NCBI GenBank assembly: GCA_036453165.1
Contig: JAZHVR010000013.1
Coordinates: 19,821-83,820 of the forward strand
Direction: 5' to 3'
Length of the DNA stretch: 64,000 nucleotides
DNA from: Eubacteriales bacterium
Lineage (GTDB): Bacteria; Bacillota; Clostridia; Lachnospirales; Lachnospiraceae
Part shown: piece by piece, positions 10,801-19,380 of the stretch
Numbering within the stretch: position 1 is the first letter of the stretch
Layout of the letters: every line of letters starts with the position of its first letter
The notes under the pieces: generated by a model
Database searches by the model: none
Seen by the model: the letters and a program-made list of their open reading frames with translations, nothing else
Told to the model about the DNA's origin: nothing
Position numbers and translations under genes: made by a program

Positions 10801-11586
10801 ATGTTTACAAAAAGAATCATTCCGTGCCTTGACGTGAAGGATGGAAGAGTAGTCAAGGGAATCAATTTTGTTGGTCTCCGCGATGCAGGAGACCCTGTCG
10901 AAGCGGCAAAGGCTTACGACAAAGAGGGAGCAGATGAGCTTGTATTTCTGGACATCACTGCTTCCAGCGATCACCGCGCGACCGTTGTTGACATGGTGCG
11001 GCGCGTGGCGGAGAATGTATTTATTCCGTTCACGGTGGGTGGAGGCATCCGCACAGTCGATGATTTCAAGCTTATTCTCCGCGAGGGAGCGGACAAGATT
11101 TCGATCAATACCTCTGCCATCGAGCATCCCGAACTGATCAGCGAGGCCGCTTTGAAATTCGGAAGCCAGTGTGTCGTCGTCGCCATTGATGCGAAGAAGA
11201 GAGCAGACGGTTCCGGGTGGAATGTATACAAAAACGGAGGACGCAATGACACAGGTCTTGACGCACTCGAATGGGCCGCTAAGGCGGCAGAGCTCGGCGC
11301 AGGCGAGATCCTTCTGACAAGCATGGACTGCGACGGAACAAAGGACGGTTATGACCTGAAGCTCACGCGCTCAATCGCCGATGAGGTGAAGATTCCGGTT
11401 ATCGCGTCAGGCGGAGCGGGTAAGAAAGAGGATTTTTACGATGCGCTTACAGAAGGCGGCGCGGAAGCTGCCCTCGCTGCATCACTTTTCCATTATCGTG
11501 AGCTGGAGATAAAGACCCTGAAAAAATATCTGCAGCAGCGCGGAATCTCTGTGCGGCTGCAGCCGGGCGGGGAGGCTGAGAGTTAA
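10801..11586 (+). CDS. hisF: Imidazole glycerol phosphate synthase, cyclase subunit
   Basis: Motifs [26 protein letters not shown] and PVIASGGAG. Confidence 0.97.
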   Translation: MFTKRIIPCLDVKDGRVVKGINFVGLRDAGDPVEAAKAYDKEGADELVFLDITASSDHRATVVDMVRRVAENVFIPFTVGGGIRTVDDFKLILREGADKISINTSAIEHPELISEAALKFGSQCVVVAIDAKKRADGSGWNVYKNGGRNDTGLDALEWAAKAAELGAGEILLTSMDCDGTKDGYDLKLTRSIADEVKIPVIASGGAGKKEDFYDALTEGGAEAALAASLFHYRELEIKTLKKYLQQRGISVRLQPGGEAES

Positions 11587-11588
11587 GA

Positions 11589-12263
11589 ATGGCTGGACTG
11601 ACTGGCGCCTGGGAACAGGCAATGAAGCCTGAATTTTCAAAACCTTATTACAGAAAACTGTTTATGACGGTACAGCAGGAGTACAGGACACACACAGTTT
11701 ATCCTCCGGCGAAGGACATTTTTAATGCATTTCACTTTACACCTCTTGAAGACGTCAAGGTTGTGATCCTGGGACAGGACCCTTATCACGAACCAGGGCA
11801 GGCTGAGGGACTGTCTTTTTCCGTAAAACCGGGCGTGGAGATTCCTCCGTCTCTTGTGAATATCTACAAGGAGCTGCATGATGATCTGGGCTGCTATATC
11901 CCGAACAATGGGAGTCTTGTCAAATGGGCAAAGCAGGGTGTCATGCTCCTCAATACGGTTCTGACGGTGCGCGCTCACGCCGCAAATTCTCATGCGAATA
12001 TTGGATGGGAGGAATTTACGGATGCTGCCATCCGCGTTCTTGCACAACAGGACCGCCCCATGGTATATATTCTCTGGGGAAGAGCGGCGCAGCGGAAGGA
12101 AAGCATGATCTATAATGCGAAACATCTGGTGCTGAAGTCGCCGCACCCAAGTCCTCTGTCAGCTTATCACGGATTTTTCGGAAGCCGTCCGTTCTCAAAG
12201 ACGAACGCATATCTGGAACAATGTGGGCTTACGCCGATCGACTGGCAGATAGAAAATATATAA
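11589..12263 (+). CDS. ung: Uracil-DNA glycosylase
   Basis: Motifs VVILGQDPYH, LLNTVLTV and HPSPLSA. Confidence 0.97.
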   Translation: MAGLTGAWEQAMKPEFSKPYYRKLFMTVQQEYRTHTVYPPAKDIFNAFHFTPLEDVKVVILGQDPYHEPGQAEGLSFSVKPGVEIPPSLVNIYKELHDDLGCYIPNNGSLVKWAKQGVMLLNTVLTVRAHAANSHANIGWEEFTDAAIRVLAQQDRPMVYILWGRAAQRKESMIYNAKHLVLKSPHPSPLSAYHGFFGSRPFSKTNAYLEQCGLTPIDWQIENI

Positions 12264-12284
12264 AAATCTGGAAGGAATTATCCA

Positions 12285-13913
12285 ATGGCAAAGAAGCAGA
12301 GCGATTCGCTGGTGAAGAATGCATCGGTCCTGATGATCGCTACTATAGTATCGAGGATTATCGGTCTGATCTACAGGAGCCCCCTTGGGGCGATCCTGGG
12401 TTCGGTCGGTCTCGGATACTATGGTTATGCCAGTAACCTGTACACAATACTTCTTCTTATTTCGTCCTACAGTATTCCGATGGCGGTGTCAAAAATCGTA
12501 TCCGCCGAGCTTGCCAGAAAGAGGTACCGGAACGCCTGGAAAATGTTCCAGGGCGCACTTATCTACGCGCTGATCGTCGGCGGGGCGACGGCACTGATCT
12601 GCTGGTTTTTCGGCGGATATCTTCTGCCTCAGAATCAGCAGAACGCACTTCCTGCACTGAAAGCTCTGGCGCCTACAATCTTTCTGTCGGCAATCCTGGG
12701 CGTCCTGCGCGGATTTTTCCAGGCTCACAGAACCATGACGCCGACATCTGTCTCGCAGATCCTTGAACAGATCATGAACGCTGTCGTCAGTATCCTTGCC
12801 GCGTGGATTCTTGTATCCTCACAGGCGGGAAATGAAGAAGGCCAGGCTATCTACGGAGCGATGGGAGGAACCATCGGAACCGGAGCAGGCGTTCTCGTCG
12901 GGCTGATTTTTATGACCTGGGTTTTCTTCCTGAACCGACGCTACTTCCAGCGCAAAGTTGCTCAGGATGTGTCCGGCGAAGAGGAGAGCTACGGCGATAT
13001 CCTGCGGGAGATGCTGCAGCTGATTACGCCGATCATTTTTACTTCCTTTATCCTGAACTGCAGCTCATATCTGGACAGCTACATGTATTCAACGATCCAG
13101 GGCATCAATGGATTTAAAGACACGGCTATTTCGGCTGCCTACGGCGAGTACAGCAACTACTATGTGCCGCTTGTCAGCATTCCGCTTGCGATCGCTTCTG
13201 CGAGCACCTCGGCGATGATGCCGGAGGTCTCAGGCCTTCACGCGACAGGAAATTACAGCGAAGCAAATTACAAGGTGAATGAGACGATGAGGATCTCTAT
13301 GTTCATCTGCATTCCGTGCATGATAGGTCTTACTGTTCTCGCTCATCCGATTGTGAGTGTTCTGTTTCCGGCAGCGAGTGACCTCGCAGGAAACCTGCTT
13401 CTCACAGGTTCTATTTTTGTCGTGACAGATTCGTTTTCGATCATCTCCGGTGGCGTTCTTCAGTCCATCGGACATCAGACGACGGCGCTGATCAATTCCG
13501 CCATTTCACTTGGGGTGAATCTGGCCAGTCTCGCCATTATCTTGCTGATCCGTCCGGAGCTTGATATTTATGCGGTGATGATCGCGAACATCATTTTCTC
13601 GGTTGTGTGCTGTGCACTCAATGTCGTGTCCATGAGAAAATATCTCGGACTCCGCCATCAGATCCGCTCGACTTATGTGGAGCCATTTATTGCGTCGGCA
13701 ATCATGGGCGTTGTCGCGTTTGTTGTTTATCGTGGAATTCTTGCTTTGACGAGCCGTCCGTCCATCAGTCTCATCGTCGCGATCGTTCTGGCTATCTTTG
13801 TATATCTTGTCGCATATGTCAAAATCTCGAAGATCAGCCCTGAAGAGCTGAGCACGGTTCCCGGCGGAACAAGGATCGTTTCCTTCCTCAGAAAAATAAG
13901 AGTTTATAACTGA
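12285..13913 (+). CDS. MOP-superfamily flippase (polysaccharide biosynthesis protein, YtgP/SpoVB/MurJ-like)
   Basis: Many hydrophobic segments; motifs ISSYSIPMAVSKIVS and LRGFFQ...MTPTSVSQILEQI. Confidence 0.85.
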   Translation: MAKKQSDSLVKNASVLMIATIVSRIIGLIYRSPLGAILGSVGLGYYGYASNLYTILLLISSYSIPMAVSKIVSAELARKRYRNAWKMFQGALIYALIVGGATALICWFFGGYLLPQNQQNALPALKALAPTIFLSAILGVLRGFFQAHRTMTPTSVSQILEQIMNAVVSILAAWILVSSQAGNEEGQAIYGAMGGTIGTGAGVLVGLIFMTWVFFLNRRYFQRKVAQDVSGEEESYGDILREMLQLITPIIFTSFILNCSSYLDSYMYSTIQGINGFKDTAISAAYGEYSNYYVPLVSIPLAIASASTSAMMPEVSGLHATGNYSEANYKVNETMRISMFICIPCMIGLTVLAHPIVSVLFPAASDLAGNLLLTGSIFVVTDSFSIISGGVLQSIGHQTTALINSAISLGVNLASLAIILLIRPELDIYAVMIANIIFSVVCCALNVVSMRKYLGLRHQIRSTYVEPFIASAIMGVVAFVVYRGILALTSRPSISLIVAIVLAIFVYLVAYVKISKISPEELSTVPGGTRIVSFLRKIRVYN

Positions 13914-14162
13914 CCGGTTCTTAAAAGGTGCCGAAGAAAGTTTCAAAAATATTAAATTTTCTTCAAATATATTTCACAATATCTTGTGGCAATAACAGCA
14001 ACAGCAGACTAAATGTTGCATTATTGTGTCAGATACCCACAAAATCACTGCTAAAACAGGGCTTTTCAAATTGCAACATGCGTGATATACTTTGTAACAG
14101 TCACTTAACAAATTTGCAATTTTTGTTAAGAAAGCAGTATTTGGGAGAGCAGGTGGTATCTG

Positions 14163-14618
14163 ATGAAAAAGACTTTTGTGAAAATTGTGAGTGCTGTTGC
14201 GATGTCGGTTATGCTTCTCGGAATGCCCAACATGGTCTATGCGAAGGATCTTGTCGGATATGGAACAACAAGTACAGTAACAGCGTCGACATCCTCGGGG
14301 ACAAGCTCAGAAAGCAGCAGTTCGACGGTTTCATCCGCGGCAACAGATTCCTCGGCTTCCACACAGACGTCTGATACCTCTTCAACGGGCAGTACGTCAA
14401 CAGTCAGCACGGGAACAAGCCAGAAAGCAGCCACGACATCTACAACATCTGTTTCTACGGGCGTTGTTGACGATTCCATTCCGTTCGTTCTGCTGATCGT
14501 CGGAGCATCTGTACTGATGTGCTATTTCATCCACTGGAGCAAGGATCAGAAGAGATACGGCAACTATGGCGAGTACTGGATGGAATATATGATCGAGTAT
14601 GAGAATAAGTTAAAATAA
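14163..14618 (+). CDS. Small secreted/membrane-anchored Ser/Thr-rich protein
   Basis: Signal peptide ending VYA, about 70 aa dominated by S/T, VSTG motif, TM helix and a Tyr-rich tail; GCAGGTGG ribosome-binding site. Confidence 0.7.
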   Translation: MKKTFVKIVSAVAMSVMLLGMPNMVYAKDLVGYGTTSTVTASTSSGTSSESSSSTVSSAATDSSASTQTSDTSSTGSTSTVSTGTSQKAATTSTTSVSTGVVDDSIPFVLLIVGASVLMCYFIHWSKDQKRYGNYGEYWMEYMIEYENKLK

Positions 14619-14657
14619 AGAGTGATGTGCAGCCTTGGCGGCTGCGCGAGTGGTAAG

Positions 14658-14697
14658 ATATTGAGAGCCGGGTTCCACGGAGCCCGGCTCTCAGTGT
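14658..14697 (+). terminator. Strong hairpin downstream of the Ser/Thr-rich gene
   Basis: TTGAGAGCCGGGTTCC-A-CGGAGCCCGGCTCTCAG; no clear poly-U tail. Confidence 0.5.
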
Positions 14698-14925
14698 ATG
14701 TAAGCGCATTGAGACGCAACCTCTCAGGGCATGAATGCCGCCGCCTGCTTACAAGGAAGTGTGAGGCGTGCGCTGGCACAGACTGTAATAAAAGAAAACT
14801 TGTAAACATTACAGAGAATTGCTACAATGAGATACGTTGTGGCACTTTAAAGCGTTACGGATTAACGTGCGACGATAAAGCGCCTTTTTCACACAAGCTA
14901 TACTTTATTTTGGGAGGCTTTTACG

Positions 14926-16584
14926 ATGCCAATTACAGACCTGCTTGAGAAGAACGCGCGGCTGTACGGCGATGAGGTCGCGCTCGTCGAGCTGAACCCG
15001 GGCATGAAGGAGACGAGAAGGATTACCTGGAAGGATTATTCACTGATCCAGCAGACAGATGACCGTCCGTACAGACACGAGATCACCTGGGGCGTGTTTG
15101 ATGAGAAGGCAAACCGCGTGGCAAATATGCTGCTTGAAAAGGGTGTTGAGAAAGGCGAGAAGGTCGCCATCCTCATGATGAACTGCCTTGAGTGGCTGCC
15201 AATTTATTTCGGAATTCTGAAGGCCGGCGCGATCGCTGTTCCATTCAATTTTCGCTATTCATCGGACGAAATTCTTTACTGCGCTGAGCTGGCGGATGTT
15301 GACGTCCTGTTTTTTGGTCCGCAGTTTATCGGCCGTATTGAGGCCGTCGAGGAGAAGCTCAGCAAGGGAAGACTTCTGATCTATGTAGGAGAGAACACGC
15401 CGACATTTGCCGATGATTACCGGGAGCTCGTGGCTGATTGTTCCAGCCAGGCGCCGAAAATCCCAATTTCGGATGATGATCTTGCGGCAATCTATTTTTC
15501 TTCGGGTACGACCGGTTTCCCGAAGGCAATCCTGCATAAGCACCGCTCCCTGACGCAGTCGGCGGAGATGGAGCAGAAGCATCATTTACAGACACACGAC
15601 GATGTATTTCTCTGCATCCCACCGCTGTATCACACTGGCGCAAAGATGCACTGGTTTGGAAGTCTGATCAGCGGTTCGAGAGCCGTCCTGCTTCGCGGCA
15701 CTGATCCGAAGACGATTCTTTCTGCCGTGTCAGATGAGAAGTGCACAATCGTATGGCTGCTGGTCCCATGGGCGCAGGATATCCTGGACGCGCTCGATTC
15801 GGGCGAGGTGCGGCTTGAGGATTATCAGCTCAGTCAGTGGCGGCTGATGCATATCGGCGCGCAGCCTGTTCCGCCGGCACTTATCAAGCACTGGAAGGAT
15901 TATTTCCCGAATCACCAGTACGACACGAACTACGGCCTGTCTGAATCGACCGGCCCCGGCTGTGCCCATCTTGGAATCGGACATGATGACAAGGTCGGCG
16001 CCATCGGCATCCCCGGCTACCGCTGGGAGTGCAAGATCGTGGATGACGATTACCATGAAGTGCCACAGGGCAAAGAGGGCGAACTCTGTGTCAAAGGCCC
16101 TGGCATTATGGAATGCTACTATAAGAATCCCGAGGCCACGAAGGAAGCTCTGCCGGGCGACGGCTGGCTGAAGACCGGCGACGTCGCTGTGCAGGATGAG
16201 GATGGATTTTATTACCTCGTCGACAGGAAGAAAGATGTTATCGTCATGGGCGGCGAGAACATCTATCCGGTTGAGATCGAAGACTTCCTTCACACCAACC
16301 CGAAGATCAATGATGTCGCTGTCATCGGACTTCCGGACAGACGTCTCGGCGAGATCCCGGCGGCTATTATCCAGCTGAAAAAAGGTATGACCGCTACGGA
16401 AGACGAGATCAACGATTTCTGTCTGGAACTTGCCCGCTACAAGAGGCCAAGAAAGATTATCTTTGCCGATGTGCCGAGGAACCCCACTGGCAAGATCGAC
16501 AAGCCGGCGCTCCGCAAGCGTTACGGCGCGGAAAAAATCGTCGCGCAGGAGATCAATCTTCACGCCGGGGATATCAAAGAATAA
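14926..16584 (+). CDS. Acyl-CoA synthetase / AMP-binding (class I adenylate-forming) enzyme
   Basis: Motifs YFSSGTTGFPK, YGLSE, WLKTGD and RNPTGKI. Confidence 0.92.
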   Translation: MPITDLLEKNARLYGDEVALVELNPGMKETRRITWKDYSLIQQTDDRPYRHEITWGVFDEKANRVANMLLEKGVEKGEKVAILMMNCLEWLPIYFGILKAGAIAVPFNFRYSSDEILYCAELADVDVLFFGPQFIGRIEAVEEKLSKGRLLIYVGENTPTFADDYRELVADCSSQAPKIPISDDDLAAIYFSSGTTGFPKAILHKHRSLTQSAEMEQKHHLQTHDDVFLCIPPLYHTGAKMHWFGSLISGSRAVLLRGTDPKTILSAVSDEKCTIVWLLVPWAQDILDALDSGEVRLEDYQLSQWRLMHIGAQPVPPALIKHWKDYFPNHQYDTNYGLSESTGPGCAHLGIGHDDKVGAIGIPGYRWECKIVDDDYHEVPQGKEGELCVKGPGIMECYYKNPEATKEALPGDGWLKTGDVAVQDEDGFYYLVDRKKDVIVMGGENIYPVEIEDFLHTNPKINDVAVIGLPDRRLGEIPAAIIQLKKGMTATEDEINDFCLELARYKRPRKIIFADVPRNPTGKIDKPALRKRYGAEKIVAQEINLHAGDIKE

Positions 16585-16604
16585 ATTTATACGCTATAAT
16601 GTCT

Positions 16605-16635
16605 GGGATGCCGTGGTTCGCGGCATCCCGTTTTT
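16605..16635 (+). terminator. Rho-independent terminator
   Basis: GGGATGCCG-TGGTTCG-CGGCATCCC followed by GTTTTT. Confidence 0.8.
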
Positions 16636-16694
16636 GCGTATTGCTGAAAATATTACATTCACAGAAAGAGCATGATATTTGCCTTACGGAATGA

Positions 16695-16765
16695 CAGCGA
16701 AGTACATCAAAGCACATCGAGGTCGTTCGAACGCTGGCATCTTTGTATGGTTGCGTAGCGCGACA
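16695..16765 (+). repeat. Degenerate fragment of palindromic module C
   Basis: CAGCGAAGTACATC...GCTGGCATCTTTGTATGGTTGCGTAGCGCGACA aligns by eye with 46918-46980. Confidence 0.55.
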
Positions 16766-16785
16766 TTAAATTATCAGGAGAGCAT

Positions 16786-18060
16786 ATGAGTGAGATAACG
16801 AGTACAGAACAGTTTGAAGATATTCTTGCCATGGATATAGATACGGATTCCGATAAAGATCTCGCGGTTTACGCATCAGCGGTGCTGAAGAAGGGCGAGG
16901 GACGCACGCTGAAAAAGGGCGGACTCTGGGTGTACGACAATGAGATCGCCTCGGTGACGGGAAGTTTTGAGGACGGCGATATCATCGGCGTGCAGGATTT
17001 TGACGGCTGGTTTATGGGATATGGCTATATCAACAGAAAGTCGAAAATACGGATCAGGATGCTGTCGCGCGGGAAAGCCGAAGAAAAGGTTTCGCCTGCG
17101 TACCTGAAGGCAAAGGTCCGTTTTGCCTGGGAGTACAGGAAAAAAGTCATTGATACTTCGAGCTGCCGTGTGATTTTCGGCGATGCGGACGGACTTCCCG
17201 GAATCACTGTCGATAAATACGAAGATGTGCTGGTTGTCGAGCCTCTTTCACTGGGTGCTGACAGGCTGAAGGATCTGATCCTTAAGGCAATCGTTGAGGT
17301 GATGGCTGAGGATGGGATCACGATTCGCGGGATTTTTGAGCGGAGCGATGCGAAGGAGCGCGAAAAAGAAGGTCTCCCGAGAGTCAGGGGATTTCTCTCA
17401 CAGCCGTTTGATACGGACGTGCCGATTACAGAAAACGGTGTCCGATATATCGTCGATGTCAAGGACGGACAGAAGACGGGATTTTTCCTAGATCAGAAGC
17501 TGAACCGGCTGGCCGTTCAGAAAATATCGAAGGGCGCAGATGTCCTCGACTGCTTCACGCACACAGGATCTTTTGGTCTGAACGCGGCGCGCGGCGGAGC
17601 GGCACATGTGATTTCCGTCGATGCATCGGATACGGCAATCGAAATGGCTGAGAAAAATGCAAAGATCAACGGTTTCGATGACATTATCGACTACTATGTG
17701 GCCGACGTCTTTGAGCTGCTTCCGGATCTGGAAAAGAAGGGCAGGAAATTTGACATCGTCATTCTCGATCCTCCCGCCTTCACCAAATCGAGGAGCTCCG
17801 TCAAAGCTGCCGCCAAAGGATACAAGGAAATCAATCTCCGCGGTATGCGGCTCGTGAAAAAAGGCGGTTTCCTGGCAACCTGCAGCTGTTCTCACTTCAT
17901 GGAGCAGGCTATGTTTGAGAATATCATCCGCGAAGCGGCGCGCGATGCTCACGTGCACCTGCGCCAGGTTGAATTCCGCACACAGGCCCCGGATCACCCG
18001 ATCACCTGGGCGGCAGACGACTCCTATTATCTGAAGTTCTTTATCTTTCAGGTGTACTGA
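16786..18060 (+). CDS. Class I SAM-dependent rRNA methyltransferase (RlmI/YwbD-like, PUA + MTase)
   Basis: Motifs GQKTGFFLDQ, VLDCFTHTGSFG and VILDPPAF. Confidence 0.9.
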   Translation: MSEITSTEQFEDILAMDIDTDSDKDLAVYASAVLKKGEGRTLKKGGLWVYDNEIASVTGSFEDGDIIGVQDFDGWFMGYGYINRKSKIRIRMLSRGKAEEKVSPAYLKAKVRFAWEYRKKVIDTSSCRVIFGDADGLPGITVDKYEDVLVVEPLSLGADRLKDLILKAIVEVMAEDGITIRGIFERSDAKEREKEGLPRVRGFLSQPFDTDVPITENGVRYIVDVKDGQKTGFFLDQKLNRLAVQKISKGADVLDCFTHTGSFGLNAARGGAAHVISVDASDTAIEMAEKNAKINGFDDIIDYYVADVFELLPDLEKKGRKFDIVILDPPAFTKSRSSVKAAAKGYKEINLRGMRLVKKGGFLATCSCSHFMEQAMFENIIREAARDAHVHLRQVEFRTQAPDHPITWAADDSYYLKFFIFQVY

Positions 18061-18081
18061 TTGTCAATTTTTATGGCGCAG

Positions 18082-18820
18082 GCGCATCACATGCGACTGT
18101 TTTGTATTTCTGATGCGCCTGGCAGAACATATTCTTCTGGCGCAGGCGCATCACATAATCAAATTCAGGTTTTTTATGCGCCTGGTCACGAGGTGTGGAA
18201 CTCCGTGGGCACATCAAATAATCAAGATAGGGAAAGATGATGCGCTCCTTTATGAAGTATTAATTTCCGCTAGCGCATCAAACAATCAAGATAAGAGAAG
18301 ACGATGCGCCCGACATCGAGGTATCAATTCTCGCGGGCGCATTAAATAATCAAGATAGGGAAAGATGATGCGCTCCTTTATGAAGTATTAATTTCCGCTA
18401 GCGCATCAAACAATCAAGATAAGAGAAGACGATGCGCCCGACATCAAGGTATCAATTCTCGCGGGCGCATTAAATAATCAAGATAGGGAAAGATGATGCG
18501 CTCCTTTATGAAGTATTAATTCCCGCTAGCGCATCAAACAATCAAGATAAGAGAAGACGATGCGCCCGACATCAAGGTATCAATTCTCGCGGGCGCATTA
18601 AATAATCAAGATAGGGAAAGATGATGCGCTCCTTTATGGAGTATCAATTCCCGCTAGCGCATCAAACAATCAAGATAAGAGATGATGATGCGCCCGACCA
18701 ACAATTCCGCAGGTTCTGTGGCGTATCCAACAGTCAAGATAAAGGAGAATGATGCGCCCACCCATGGGGACCAGGGCCTCGCGAGCGCATCATGAAATCA
18801 AGAGTATTCATCTGGTGGCG
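18082..18820. repeat. 64-bp-period tandem array of 12 palindrome-bounded units (core alternates A/B, 128-bp super-period)
   Basis: GCGCATC-type left arms start at 18082, 18146, 18209, 18273, 18337, 18401, 18465, 18529, 18593, 18657, 18721 and 18785; each is followed by an approximately 23-bp loop, GATGCGC and a 27-bp linker (unit 12 degenerate). Confidence 0.95.
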
Positions 18821-18828
18821 ATTACAGG

Positions 18829-18858
18829 TTGAAAGAGACGCCCGATCTATGCTATAAT
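18829..18858 (+). promoter_or_regulatory. Sigma70-type promoter of scfA
   Basis: TTGAAA-18 bp-TATAAT with extended -10 TG. Confidence 0.65.
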
Positions 18859-18917
18859 TCACGCGTAATTTTAATAATAACGGGTCTACACACTTTTCAA
18901 AATGGAGGGACAAGATC

Positions 18918-19061
18918 ATGAAACATATCAAGACTTTATCCAGCAGAAATCTTCAGCAGAGCGTTAAGGAAGGCGGATGCGGCGAGTGCCAGACATCCTG
19001 CCAGTCCGCTTGCAAGACAAGCTGCACCGTAGGCAACCAGACCTGCGAGCATGCGAAGTAA
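18918..19061 (+). CDS. scfA: Six-cysteine ranthipeptide precursor (SCIFF), 47 aa; absent from the ORF track
   Basis: Translated by hand as MKHIKTLSSRNLQQSVKEGGCGECQTSCQSACKTSCTVGNQTCEHAK; GGAGG ribosome-binding site; precedes a radical SAM/SPASM maturase. Confidence 0.97.
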   Translation: MKHIKTLSSRNLQQSVKEGGCGECQTSCQSACKTSCTVGNQTCEHAK

Positions 19062-19088
19062 TCACGGCTGAATACAAAATGCGAGAGG

Positions 19089-19117
19089 TTCCCGCCCTTC
19101 CGGGCGGGAATTTTTTT
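19089..19117 (+). terminator. Rho-independent terminator after scfA
   Basis: TTCCCGCCC-TTCC-GGGCGGGAA followed by T7. Confidence 0.85.
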
Positions 19118-19128
19118 GCGCGTGTAGC

Positions 19129-19340
19129 GAGCCGCATCCTCTCACGCGAAGCGTGAAGAGGTGAGGCGAGCACCGCGACGACGCGACGAAGTCGCGTATG
19201 CGCGTGGAATGAGCCGCATCCACTCACGCGAAGCGTGAAGAGGTGAGGCGAGCACCGCGACGACGCGACGAAGTCGCGTATGCGCGCGGAATGAGCCGCA
19301 TCCACTCACGCGAAGCGTGGAGAGGTGAGGCGAGCACCGC
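19129..19340. repeat. 82-bp tandem palindromic repeat, about 2.6 copies
   Basis: GAGCCGCATC starts at 19129, 19211 and 19293; each unit has a CACGCGAAGCGTG hairpin and the two complete units also have ACGCGACGAAGTCGCGT. Confidence 0.92.
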
Positions 19341-19380
19341 AAAATAATATTATTCAATACACTACAGAGAGGCATCAACA

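Noticed and set aside
18113-18349. 78-aa ORF within the array
   Set aside because: Derived from repeat sequence; the 64/128-bp period breaks frame; no ribosome-binding site or recognisable motif.
18082-18820. CRISPR array (37-bp repeat + 27-bp spacer geometry)
   Set aside because: Spacers are not unique (two linkers alternate), the repeat interior varies as much as the spacer, only the 7-bp arms are constant, and no cas gene is in the window. Kept as a non-CRISPR array.
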